This document shows, piece by piece, positions 12,064 through 24,143 of a stretch of 64,000 bases of DNA. The DNA is taken from assembly GCF_001194135.2 (NCBI RefSeq), contig NC_068982.1:124116368-124180367 (forward strand), in the 5' to 3' direction. The notes under the pieces are model-generated. The model made no database searches. It had not been told where the DNA came from and saw nothing but the letters and a program-made list of their open reading frames with translations. The DNA is from Octopus bimaculoides (Eukaryota). Position 1 is the first letter of the stretch; every line of letters begins with the position of its first letter. A program made the position numbers and the translations under genes.

Positions 12064-12236
12064 AATGAAGATTTTTTAATAAACTTGTGTTGTGTTTTTT
12101 GTTAGTATTATGATTTCCAATCTTAAGCCACTTTAAGATTACTTTCAGTATTGTGTTTTACTTGGTTTATGTAAATGTTCATTAATATACTATTTAACAG
12201 CAAATCTCAATTTTCATCTTTTGTTCAGAATCCAAT

Positions 12237-12317
12237 ATGTCGGCTGACTTACTATGGATGATTGTCAGGAATAATAATTCTTTCCTTGTCAAACGAAATG
12301 GTCTCTGGCTTAGCAAA
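12237..12317 (+). CDS. RPL28: RPL28 coding exon 1 (exon starts at 12229)
   Basis: Acceptor ttttgttcag at 12228, ATG at 12237, 81 coding nt, donor GTAAGT at 12318. Confidence 0.95.
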
Positions 12318-15300
12318 GTAAGTAACAACATATATAAATCCTGGACTCTTTGTCTTGACTGATACAGCAGAATTTTTGTTTTTTTACCTTAAAGGAAGGA
12401 ATGCAACAATTTAAAACTTCCATCATAAATAAACTCCAGGAAGGTGAAAAGTATTAATAGCAACCCTAAGCTTATATGCATTGAGACAGTATTGATATCA
12501 TCTTAGACAACTGTCAGTTTCCATTTAGAGCAGACAACTTCTTGTGTTGTGAGCATGATAGAATGCATTCTGTCCATACTGTAAACTGGTTAACAATATG
12601 TAGAGTATTTGGTGTTAAAGAAAAATCCCACATCATACACAATAATTAGGAGTTTCTCTGTTAGGTCCGGTGATAAAATATCAGCATATGATGTTTTGCA
12701 ATTGTTGTGTGAGTTGCCCCAAATCCTAGTTATTTAGTAAATGGCACTATTCACTATTATGGTAATCTGAATTCTACATTCTGGTTTGAAATTACATAAT
12801 GAAGAACATTTTCCAATGACTAGTTGTTCATATCGGCTATTAATTGAGAATAAGATATAACAATTAATTACATTTTGTACACCATTAATTTTCAACTAAT
12901 TTTTCTTAACAGGAGCCAAACAACTTGAAAGGACGTCATTGTTTCCGTTACAGTGGCCTTGTCCACAAAAAAGCTATTGGTGTCGAACCATGCAAGGATG
13001 GCAAAGGAGTTGTATACGTTACACGACGGGCTAGAAGTAAGTGTTGTTTTTGTTTTCTGCATTGTATGCTTCAGGGAATAATTTTCCCTGTCAATGATTT
13101 CAACTTTATTACTTGTAATAGACACTCTTGCAAACAGGATTCTTTTAGTTTTCATCTACTGTATCCACTCGTTGCCAGTACCTCCTGACTGGCTTTTGTT
13201 CCGGTGGCACGTAAAAGCACCCACTACACTCTCGGAGTGGTTGGCGTTAGGAAGGGCATCCAGCTGTAGAAACTATGCCAAATCAGATTGGAGCCTGGTG
13301 TAGCCATCTGGTTCACCAGTCCTCAGTCAAATCAACCAACCCATGCTAGCATGGAAAGCGGACGTTAAACGATGATGATGATGTACACATGTGGAATTTC
13401 TTGTCTTGGTCAACAAGTTTCATTTTAACTTTTTTTCTGAGTTGCATCATTATCAGCTTGCAAAAGTGGTTTTAGTCTCTTCCACACTGGTTTTGAACTA
13501 ATATTACCTTGCTCAAACAGATAAAGAGGAACAGCTGCTTTATAGTTTGCTCTGCAACATATCATTTGACACTGGTAGTGTATTTATTTTTTAAATTACA
13601 ACAAAATGTCTTCAAAATTATTTACATATAGTTAGAATGAAGTTGAATGTTTTGTAAACAATGCAAAATTTGTTAGTTTAGAATAGTAGTAAAAAAGGAT
13701 TTTTCTGTTTCGCTTTCCCTTTTCAGTTCCTTCAATTTTGTTCCATTTGATTTCAAATTTGAGGTAATTTTAACCAGTCAAAAGCCACAAGCATATTGGT
13801 GTCTGTTTCCATAGTAACAAGCCAAGCTGTTGTGTAGTTTTCAAGATGGAGATATAGAAAACCAAGAAGGGTGGTGTTGATCAGGCAGACCTATGATCAA
13901 AAGAACCATTCTAATGCTGTACACCCCACAGTTTTAGAGTTATCTAGTGTCTTTCCTCATTTTATTGACATTTGGGTGTTCTCAAAGAGGAGATTTGGCT
14001 ACTTTTTCCAGCAGTTTGAAGAACTAAATAACAGTTTGTTTTTTTGTAATGTAACATTCTGGTATTTTTCACATTACATGCTTGTTCCAACATTTCATGA
14101 CTTTTATTCATTAAAACTTAAAACTTCCATCATTGACGCTTTTGTTGTCAGCATGCACAAATGCGTTTCCAAATCTTGTTTTCTGGTTTGGTAAAAATTA
14201 TCAAACTTAAAATCTCTAACATTTTTCTAAAAAAAATTCTGGAACAAGTGAATAAATACCAGATTCAGTGTAGCGTGAAAAATATCAATATACCAAATTT
14301 GAAAATTTTCACAGAATAGGTTGAAATGTATATTCTTAAAAGCCTTAACTTTTAATAGCAATCTGCCTAAGACCACCCATATTAACGTGTTCATCGTTGC
14401 TTTAACATCCTGCCTTTCCATATTTGCATGGATTGGACAGAGTTTATTGAGGCAGAACTTTTTCTATGGCCAGATGCTCCTATTGTTTCTAAGCAAGTTA
14501 ATATTGCCATATGACTGGGCATGTTTTTACAGAATATTGGAAATCAATTGCATTTACTCTGTCAGGACAAGGAAACACAAACAGTTGTCCAGTCTATTTT
14601 CATCGGAGGGTGTCATATTCTTGCCACATCTCCCCTTTTGAGATTTCGGGTTCTGAAGGAATAAAGAAATTTCATTTATTATTATTTTTTAGTATCTTTT
14701 TTGCTTGGGCTTTATCTCAAGGTGTTCAGTCTGGAATTTGGAATTGAGAATTTGAATTTTTACACAATAGTTCTTTCTAAAGTACGCAGGAAACGTAATA
14801 CCCTCCTCCAGATTATAAGTGAATTCAGAAATTAAGTTTGACTGTAACTCAATTAACTGTTGTTGTAACCTACATGAGCTTCAAAAAATCCTCATCACCT
14901 GATGTTATATCCTTACATCTCCAAAATCATAGTATGGTTGATATTGTCAACAATAGATAAAGAATACACTGTAACAGTGTTATAACAAGACAGAATAGAA
15001 ACAGCGGCAGTAACAAACCCGCAACAAACCAACAATCAATATTTCCAACACACTAACTCATACTGTAAATTGTACCTGGACTTTGAAGACTGAACTGTGA
15101 ACTACATCAGACTATTTATATATAGTGATCCAGTCTGTTCTCATCAGAGGGTGTCATATTCTCACCGCAACAGGTATTAAAATAACAATGTTGGGTTATA
15201 CTTTTTTTTTCTTTCTGTCTCGTTCTCAAAACCCTAGCTCTTTTTAACTAATGCTTTTATTTTATTTCAGAGAGGAATCGTCCTTCAAAAGCTTATACTA

Positions 15301-15551
15301 AGATAGAGTTGAAAAAAGATCCCAGAAGAACATTGACATCTATCAGGAAAATGGTCAAAAGGAACAAATACCGAGTAGACCTAAAAATGGTAGGTTTTAA
15401 CTTAGTTAAAACGAGTGTCTAATCCATGCTATCATGGGTAAGAGAATGCTAAACTGAAGAATTGGTGTCAGTTGTAAAATGTGGCTCTTTTTGTTGGGAT
15501 TACTGGTTCTATTTCTGCTTGTGATAGGGTATTCTCTCTCTCCTCCAGCAG

Positions 15552-15587
<36 letters not shown>

Positions 15588-16259
15588 TATATATACTCTG
15601 ACTTCTATTAATGCAAGTATTGCACTAATTTGTGATATTTGTATAAAGGACTTAATGACATTTGAATGACCCTGTTCAAGGCCATATAATTCATTTGTAA
15701 GGATCCCCTTATTCTGAATCTTACCCATAGACATGGCAACTTCTCCACTCCATCCAAGTACACTCATTCTGTGTTTCACCTCTAAATAATTTTCTCCCAA
15801 TGTTAACTTGCATGTATTCATTCGCCAATAAGTACAGGGCCAAATAAGAGAAAGTAGTAAGCAAAGGTTGGGTGTTTTTGTATATTTGCCTCTAGTTAGC
15901 TAAGATTTGTTAGTTGTTTGTTCTCAGGGTTTAATTTCTAAGGATAGAGGGAATTGTTTTCCTGTCTTAATAAACTAATTTAATCACTTAATAAGTGTCA
16001 TATTGTAACCTACTACAGTTCTGAGAGATTATTTTGGATGCATGCATTCCAGCTAAGTTCTTTCTTACATTGGTAGTTATAGCATTTCTATCAATGAACA
16101 GCTTTGATGAAATAATTACATGTCTTTCTTGCTGCTCTAAATGTAATGGAAGTAACATTTTTTTTTTTTTCTTTTAAGGCTGCAATGAGAAAAGCCAGTG
16201 CCATTATTCGCAGTCAACGTCCTGTTGTGAAAAAGGCTGGGCGCAAGAAGAAGGAATAG
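12237..16259 (+). CDS. RPL28: 60S ribosomal protein L28 (eL28), complete spliced CDS: join(12237-12317,12913-13036,15271-15389,16179-16259), 134 aa
   Basis: All introns are GT..AG and the frame is continuous. Translation: [134 protein letters not shown]. It aligns motif for motif with eL28 (W-M-x-V-R-N, EPNNL, G-V-E-P, Y-R-x-D-L, A-I-x-R-S-Q). Confidence 0.97.
12913..13036 (+). CDS. RPL28: RPL28 coding exon 2
   Basis: cttaacag|GAGCCAAAC, 124 nt, [20 protein letters not shown]..., donor GTAAGT at 13037, phase 1. Confidence 0.95.
13171..13383 (+). repeat. RTE 3'-tail repeat in the RPL28 intron between coding exons 2 and 3
   Basis: GTGGCACGTAAAAGCACCCACTACACTCTCGGAGTGGTTGGCGTTAGGAAGGG...GGACGTTAAAC(GAT)n. 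Confidence 0.85.
15271..15389 (+). CDS. RPL28: RPL28 coding exon 3
   Basis: ttatttcag|AGAGG, 119 nt, ...[11 protein letters not shown], donor GTAGGT at 15390. Confidence 0.95.
16179..16259 (+). CDS. RPL28: RPL28 coding exon 4 (contains stop)
   Basis: Poly-T tract plus cttttaag|[25 protein letters not shown]..., TAG at 16257-16259. Confidence 0.95.
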   Translation, partial: AAMRKASAIIRSQRPVVKKAGRKKKE

Positions 16260-16281
16260 TTATGTACCAAGTGGACATTTA

Positions 16282-16287
16282 AATAAA
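16282..16287 (+). terminator. Polyadenylation signal AATAAA of RPL28
   Basis: AATAAA 22 nt after the stop codon. Short 3' UTRs are typical of ribosomal protein mRNAs. Confidence 0.7.
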
Positions 16288-17853
16288 TTTTGATTCAATG
16301 AAAATTGTGTGCAGTATTTTTTATTGATAAATGGGCTTTCAGCCTCAAAAAAATGGGTATTTACAGGTTGTGGGATAATTTGAAATGAAATATTTGCTTA
16401 TTTTACCATCAGATTAATCATTTCTAAGGTGCATAAAAAAGATTTGCAATGACTTGTGTCTATGTTAGCAATTTTTAATCATTTAAAATTTGTCCTTTAT
16501 ATATGCATTGTTATTGTGTAAACAGTCAACTCCACTGCCATCTATTGCTGCAACCTATATACTTATGTGACCTTATATAATAGTTTGATGGGTCTGTTCT
16601 CATTCACCATCATTCCACTTGACATGGTTCTTTGTGACGTCCAGAATGCTGAGATTAGCATATCAGGACAATTCCCCCACCAATGACAACTCTTTCTAAT
16701 ATATTAAGAAGTTTTAAATCATCATCAGTTATCCTTGGTGGGTAAATATCCTAGACACGAGATTGGACGTCACCGTGTTTTTGTGTTCTGCAGACTCCTT
16801 CCACTTGCATCAGTTAGCCCTTTGATACATACCCATCTATCCAGTCATTTATGTATATTGAAGTGCGCATATTTCACCACAATGTTTTTTCATATCAGCA
16901 ACTTGTCTTGCTATCTGTTACATATAAATCATATCTGAGATCCCATTGTTTGCATTGGTACACTCAAAAGAATCTGTCTACTCCCTTTAATATTCAGTAT
17001 AGCCATTTTCTAATTGGTTGCAGTGTTTTTGGCATTTTTAGCATAGACAGTCAGGAATTCTTGGGCACTGTTGTGTGACAGTGACCGGGACAACTTTAAA
17101 TAGCCCAGTCTACCTAAACTAAATTGTGGCAGAGTTGGAGCAGATCACTGCCCATTTGACAAATAATTCATGAGTTTGTATTGTAAAGTTCAATTCCTTC
17201 TGTTGTAATTTCATATTGAAAACTTGATGCTTCTCTACTGTCATATATATATACTTAAACCTGGATAGCTATGTAAATAAAGTATAATTTAGCATTAGGA
17301 AAGGCGTCCAGCCATAGAAACCATGCCAAAGTAGAGCTTGGCACAGTCCTGGCTTGCCAGCTCCTGTCAAACTCCAGCCCGTACCAACATGGATGTCATA
17401 CAATGATGAATTGGTAGTATACAATCACATGAAGTGGCTCTTGACTGAAACATTAGGCAAATATTGCTTGGTCAGTGGAGCAGACTTTAAAAAACTGGTC
17501 TGGTGATTTTTTTTTCAAAAAAAAAAAAAAAAAGGACTATCACAAAGTTACTGCCTCGAAGAATTTTAGTTGAATGAATCAACCTCTATTTAGTTATTTT
17601 TAAGCCTGGTACTTACTCTATTGGTCTCTTTTTTTCCACACTGCTATGGGTTGTAAACACACTAACACTGGTTGTCTGCTGGTGGGGACAAAAACGTGAC
17701 CAGTTTCCTTTAGTGTCCGTCTACCAAATCCACTCGCAATTCTTTAATTAGCCCAAGGCTATAGAAGGCCCTTGCTCAAGGTGCCATGCCTATAAGCTAA
17801 GATTTCAGTTTTCATAAATGGTTGCAGAAAAATTGTATGAATTTATATATATA

Positions 17854-17882
17854 TACAGGGTGGCCCAAAAGTAGGTTTACAG
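17854..17882 (+). mobile_element. Isolated Tc1/mariner-type terminus
   Basis: TA|CAGGGTGGCCCAAAAGTAGGTTTACAG after a (TA)n run. I did not find the matching end. Confidence 0.35.
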
Positions 17883-18682
17883 GAGGCATTGGCAACCTAA
17901 ACCTGGTTGCAGACCACTAGGCCACCTCCCGGGCAGCACCCCACTCCCAACCTGAAAAAATAACAAACAAAATCAATGATAAGAAATGTAAATTGAACCT
18001 TCATTAAAACCTGCAGCCGTCATAATGTGAAGACTGCCGATTCTTTGAAACAGATAGAGAGTCAATGTCTGGTTTGATGGACGAGGGGGCCAAGGAGGAG
18101 AATGTCTTGAAGATGAGCTTCTGTAAGCTGTACTCTCGTCTTGTTCGTCAGCTTCATGTGGCTGGACAGCTGCTCGCAAGAGTATGTGGACCCAAACGAT
18201 GAACCTAAGTGCAGAGCCTCCTGAACAAGAGCCAGGAAAGCACGGGAGGCTGAGAGTGAGCACCAGAACTTCAAGGGCACAAGCGCAAACTTTGTGCGGT
18301 GACACTGAGCACTGGAGCTCCAGCTGAAGGTCGTCGGCCACTTCAGCAGAATCCACATCAAAGGGAGTGGAAAATAGCTTGAGCTCCTCACAGGTTTGCA
18401 CATCTTTGAAGTGCCTCTCGAAGTCGGCTGCAGCTCAGCCAAGCGGGCGAAGTGAGTAAATTTCCTCTGGTTGAACTGATGCTCCCACAGGTGAAGTTTG
18501 TATCCGAATGCTTTCACATGGGCAAAGAGGTCAGGTACCAAGACGTCTTTACCCTGCAGCTGGATGTTCAGCTCATTTAGATGTCCACCAGGAACCCGAG
18601 GTCACACACCCATGCAGGATCCTCAAACTGAGTTAACTTCTTTAGAGAATTTCTTGCACTCTGATCTTTATTTGCAGTCCAG
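17880..18682 (-). mobile_element. hAT (Buster/SPIN, GTF2IRD2-like) transposase 3' fragment
   Basis: Frameshifted pieces: FEDPAWVCDLGFLVDI, NELNIQLQGKDVLVPDLFAHVKAF, KLFSTPFDVD..DLQLELQC, FGSTYSCEQL..MKL.K.R..LTEAHL (hAT C-terminal dimerisation region). A probable terminus CAGGAGGCATTGGCAACCT lies at about 17880. Confidence 0.8.
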
Positions 18683-21505
18683 TGCAGACTCCTTGTCTAG
18701 AGCTGTGACAAATTGTTTCATGAGGCCTAATTTTGTATGCAGTGGATAAAAAAAACACTTTTTGTGGGTCCAACAGTAGCTCCCATTAAGACCTTGTTTC
18801 TCCCCATACTAAACTGGGTCTATTGTGGCTAGTCCTTCCTATGGTAGTATGCCACAATGTTCCTGCTGTCCCAGAGGCAAAGATAACATGGAAACTTGAC
18901 AAAACCACCTTGGAGACCCATCGAGAAGGCCACCATTTTGAAGGCTCTGATAACCCCACAACCATTCTATTCATATTTCAAGGCATCTAGCAAGATCTTG
19001 ATGCTGCTGTATTCCTCTTTGAGCTGCACTGAGTGAGCCAGGAAAGAGATGGATACATGTTCCTATTATGAAGCGCCTGGGTTCTGAAACTCCTGGATGA
19101 GCTGTCAATGAAGTGGCATCACGCATTGGGATTACAGGCAATTCCAGTTGAACTGACTGGACACATTGTTGCAGAAACAAAGCCCATCTTGACAGGTGAG
19201 AAAGCTTGAAATATAGGGGATTCCTATAAGGTTGTTATCTACCCCTGATTGGAACTCTCCCGTATGACATGTACGCATGCTCAGTGACTTGCTTTAACTA
19301 CCGCAGACGCAAATACTGCTGTATATGCAGCCACTATAGGAGGGAAGAATGTTGATGGCAAAGTTATTTCACTATATAAATATCCTGCAAACGTAGCTAT
19401 TTGTCGTATTTGGCTTCAGAGATCGAGACTTGTAAGGAAAGACTTTGTTTACACTGCAAATAGCCAAATCTGTTCCCAGCATTCAGTCAATTTTAATGGA
19501 CCATCTAAAGATCACCCCTTGCCATCCGTTTTTCCAAACAAAGTATTTAAAATATCAGTAAGTGCATGATCATATACGCAGTTAGTAGATGAGTGAAATG
19601 TCTCTTTGATATATCTCCTCATTAACAGATTAGAACATGTTAAAATTCAAGAGAGAAACAAATTCGGGTGGTGTACGTCGGGCTAAACACGAATGTTTAA
19701 TCTAATAATTGTTGTGTTGATGTACAGGTGTTTNNNNNNNNNNNNNNNNNNNNNNNNNNNNNNNNNNNNNNNNNNNNNNNNNNNNNNNNNNNNNNNNNNN
19801 NNNNNNNNNNNNNNNNNNNNNNNNNNNNNNNNNNNNNNNNNNNNNNNNNNNNNNNNNNNNNNNNNNNNNNNNNNNNNNNNNNNNNNNNNNNNNNNNNNNN
19901 NNNNNNNNNNNNNNNNNNNNNNNNNNNNNNNNNNNNNNNNNNNNNNNNNNNNNNNNNNNNNNNNNNNNNNNNNNNNNNNNNNNNNNNNNNNNNNNNNNNN
20001 NNNNNNNNNNNNNNNNNNNNNNNNNNNNNNNNNNNNNNNNNNNNNNNNNNNNNNNNNNNNNNNNNNNNNNNNNNNNNNNNNNNNNNNNNNNNNNNNNNNN
20101 NNNNNNNNNNNNNNNNNNNNNNNNNNNNNNNNNNNNNNNNNNNNNNNNNNNNNNNNNNNNNNNNNNNNNNNNNNNNNNNNNNNNNNNNNNNNNNNNNNNN
20201 NNNNNNNNNNNNNNNNNNNNNNNNNNNNNNNNNNNNNNNNNNNNNNNNNNNNNNNNNNNNNNNNNNNNNNNNNNNNNNNNNNNNNNNNTATTCCTGTCTG
20301 AAGTATCAGACTTATCGTCCGATGAATTTACTTTGTTGACATATCGACAGAATTTTTATACCTTTCAACCTTTCAATCAAGTCCGCCTTTCTTCCAGTAA
20401 CATACTGTCCATATAATCTTAAATATTTCTTTAACTCAGGCACAGTAAGTATTTCGATAGCTGAATCATCGAATTGCTTTATATCCATGATAAGACGTAA
20501 AACAATAACAATAGCGTAGATAGTCTGCGGAAGTTTAATTGTCTACATGGAGCGCCGCCTAGCCAAGGGAGATAACCTACTTATAGGAAAGCCCTATACT
20601 GGTGATGCATTTTGAGAGACCAAGATCAGGTCATTGAGGTCTTCTTAGTTGGGGTAGTATGGATTTCTCTCCTCAGCTGCACCTCTGTAATCTGGACCAA
20701 TTACTTCATCCTCTTATGTACTGTTCTCTCTTTGGAGGAGTGGGTGCTCAGGGCAGCGTGGCACTGAGGAGATGGATAACAGAATGTTTGGATATATAGA
20801 AGCATTCTTGCCAGCTCGACATTTGGAAGGGTCCACCATGGAGAAGAAACAATTGTTTAAGTGGTCAGTTGGTTCCCTCCAAATTCATGGGATTGTGAAT
20901 GTCATGGCTCTATTTTCCCCTCTGTGCCATCCTGCAAAAGAGTAAAATAAATAAATATGAGTATAAAAATACAAATGTTTCACCGAGTGTTATTAAAAAA
21001 CATGGGTTAAATAATGTTTCAATAATACTGATTAAGAAAATAAAAGTAAAACATATTTGAATAAAAAAAAAAAATTCCATAACTTTAACACTTAAAAATC
21101 TCACTATCAAAACAACTAATACTTTTCATCTTACCTTCTAGAGTTCATTTGCAGAGTTCGCAGGTGAAATGGGGGTGACTAGGGGTTTGTCTTGATCCCT
21201 GACAGATATACCAAAATATGTCTTGTAGGCCTCACACATTTTAGTAGATGTTACCAGAGAGTACTTTTTCACTCTTGTCTTGATAAATTTTCCACAGACA
21301 GCAAAATATGTCTGCCAGATGCTTACAACCTCTTGATGCCATGTGATGAATGCAACTATCAATGACATCTTGTCTCCACTTGGACAGGAAGAAGTAAACT
21401 GAAGTGTTAAGCTTATGATCCCCATATTTATGCTGCCATCTATGTCACCAGAATGTTCTAGAAATTCTCGAAACTTTTAGAAAATTCTGTTTCAGTAACC
21501 CAGTG
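18683..21505 (-). mobile_element. Chapaev3-like (CMC superfamily) DNA transposon, 5' about two thirds, pseudogenised
   Basis: Minus-strand terminus CACTGGGTTAC at 21505. ATG at 21342 gives MASRGCKH..FC.VCGKFIKTRVKKYS..MCEAYKTYFG..DQDKP. A GT-AG intron at 21134-20932 is followed by GWHRGENRAM, MVDPSKCRAGKNA, EERNPYYPN.EDLNDL, QDGLCFCNNV, LAHSVQLKEEY, GLQGGFVKFPCYLCLWDSR, PLHTKLGLMKQFVTALDKESA. The family assignment comes from recalled motif similarity and the CAC terminus. Confidence 0.75.
19216..20594. mobile_element. Non-autonomous DNA element with about 26-bp imperfect TIRs and TATA target duplication (Sola2-like), inserted in the Chapaev3-like element; contains a 555-N gap
   Basis: Left end TATA|GGGGATTCCTATAAGGTTGTTATCT; the right end reverse-complements to TATA|GGGCTTTCCTATAAGTAGGTTATCT. 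TATA is at 19212-19215 and 20595-20598. Confidence 0.6.
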
Positions 21506-21772
21506 TTGAATCAGTCTGAAATGTAATGGAAAATAGGTCAGTTTCAAAACATTGATGTCCAGGTCACAAAAGCAAAGTTTGAATAGAATAGTAGTCATTT
21601 CCTTTGATTTATAGGTAGAAGGAAATAGGAAGTAACACTTACTAACCAAAGGCAAAAAATAAATAAATAATAATAATATAATTTTGTTTCATAATGAAAA
21701 TGTTAACAACATAATTCTGTTTGTACTTCATATCTTTAAGAGTTGTTGCTCAGTTTATAAGTACTTGCATCT

Positions 21773-22250
21773 CATCATCATCATCATTTAACGTCTGCTT
21801 TCCATGCTAGCATGGGTTGGACGATTTGACTGGGGACTGGCGAAGTGGATGGCTACACCAGACTCCAATCTGATCTGGCAGAGTTTCTACAGCTGGATGC
21901 CCTTCCTAACGCCAACCACTCCGAGAGTGTAGTGGGTGCTTTTTATGTGCCACCTGCACAGGAGTCAGCCAATGTTTTGTTCATGTGCCAGTAAGGCGAA
22001 GCTGGAAATGATTGCGCTCAAATGGTGCTTTTTACATGCCACCGGCACGGGAGTGAGACCGCTGATCTGGCAGTGACCCCGCTCAGATGGTGCTGTTAGC
22101 GCTCCACTGGCATGGGTGCCAGTTGTCGAATTTGGTTCAGTTTCGATCTCACTTGCCCCAACAGGTCTTGGCAAGCTGAGTTTAGTGTCCAATGAGGGAA
22201 GGTTGGCATGAGTGCCAGTCATCAAATTTGGTTCAATTTTGATTTCGATA
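21773..22250 (-). repeat. RTE 3'-tail repeat
   Basis: Same family, reverse orientation, (CAT)n at the left end. Confidence 0.8.
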
Positions 22251-24143
22251 AGCAAGTGGCATCACTTCTTCATTATCTCACTGAACTGATATTGTCAGAA
22301 CTGAAGTCTGACAATATAAGTTCATTATCTTTGATAATGTCACCAAATCATTAGTCTGGCATTGATCACTTGCTACATTCATCCTGCTGGTAATGGATTA
22401 TATAGAAATATAAATTTCATGATTATAGGATGTTCCTTAAATGCATCATCATCAATGAATTTTTTTTCCTTTAATCTAATATTCAGTATTGGCAGCTGAA
22501 TAAAAAAAACAGTTAAAGAAGCATCTGAAGCGATTAGATTCTGGATTCTCAACCAGGAACTGAAGCCTCTGAATATTTCTGTTAGTTTATTTCCTTTGTT
22601 CTCTAGATTTACACTCAGAGATTTAGGAGACTCAGCTATCAACTTCCTGGCCATCTTGTGTCAAGTTCAGTTCAACCTGGATAATTCACAAAATATCCTG
22701 GAATTGTTATAAATACAGAACACTAAACAGAATTTACACACTCTCTTTTTGGCTTGGCACTTATAGCATGCCTACTTTCTTTCCTCATTGATGTCAGAGA
22801 GTTAACATATGTCTCCCTCTCTTTACTTGGTACATGTTGCAGAGGTAACATACCTTTCTTATCTTCCTGGTAACTTTCAGACATGCAAGTCGTCTTATTT
22901 TCTTTCTCTCCTACTAAGGAATACACTACAATAATCAGAGATATCTATACAAAGGACAATAGAACTACTATCTGCCTTTATGTACTATCAACAACTCAAA
23001 GTAGTTGTTAATCTCATAACAGTAAATAAAAGTGATATTAACTATGATATTTCTTTTGTCATCTATTTCTATGGACTATGAATTTACCAACATGAAACCT
23101 GATATCCACACGTTACACACTGACAATTCAAAACCAACAAGAGCTGGAAGAGGAAGGTCTTCCCCCAGGAAAGGTGGAGTACTGAGATAGAGCTTAAAAA
23201 GACAAGGACCCAAATAGAAGGATGCAGAAAGGACAGCCCAGAGTCGAGAACAGTACAGAGAAACCGTTGATGACTCAATAGATAGCGAAGGGAATATATA
23301 ACATTCTATAATGCAGTTGGTGTCAGGAAGAGTATCCATCAGTAGAATCCATGACAAAATCTAAGAGATTCGCTTGTTTACTACATCTTGGAAAGCAGTA
23401 ACTACAAATAAAAACAAACTTGAACTGTGACTACATATCTAATCCGCAAGAGCATGGAAAACAGGCACAAAATGATATTGATAGCTGGGTTGAGATCGTT
23501 CGTATTTACTATTATAGTCAATTATTATTTCAGCTACAAATCTCAATACTGTGATCAGAAAAAGGGGTAGAATAAGATATATATATATTTAAAAGTAATT
23601 TTCATAATGCATCCATACACTTTATTATTTAAACCATTTAAATCCGGTTTCATAACTTTAAACCCAGTTATGTAAATTACGAGGAATTTCAGTTTTTATT
23701 TCCAATAGATTTTAAAAAATTACTCTAGGGAGGGCATACACTTTATAATTGCCTTCTAGAAGAATAAACATATGTTATCTAATTTGTAACAATCCACTAT
23801 CTCTGCAACTGACCCGGTTATATATATTCAGGAATAATTTTCTTCATTTACACCGTCTATCTTCGCCAGACAGTTCAACAACAGAATTATTCTGTTCTCT
23901 TCGATACTTTTTCTTATTCCATTGATTTTATTTTTATCTTCATAACATTCTTCGTATTTGAAACACGCCTTTGTTGATTATCATATCATAAATTCGGATA
24001 CTGAATATTTCCTTTTTATTCATAAAAAAACCCCAACAAAATACAAAACCGTCTTCAAACGGTTTTCATAATTTTCAAACGAGATACGGGGAAAAAAAAA
24101 ATGCAAACTTGAGTTGGATTACCGATCGGCCAAATATCAAAAC

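Noticed and set aside
12686-12772. C/D snoRNA candidate (ATGATGT...CTGA)
   Set aside because: Imperfect C box, no terminal stem and no recognisable antisense element.
14587-15172. Two similar 45-nt segments ending near ACA (14587-14630 and 15128-15172), suggesting duplicated snoRNAs
   Set aside because: The first lies within a decayed interspersed repeat related to other copies in the window, and neither has a 5' hairpin or H box.
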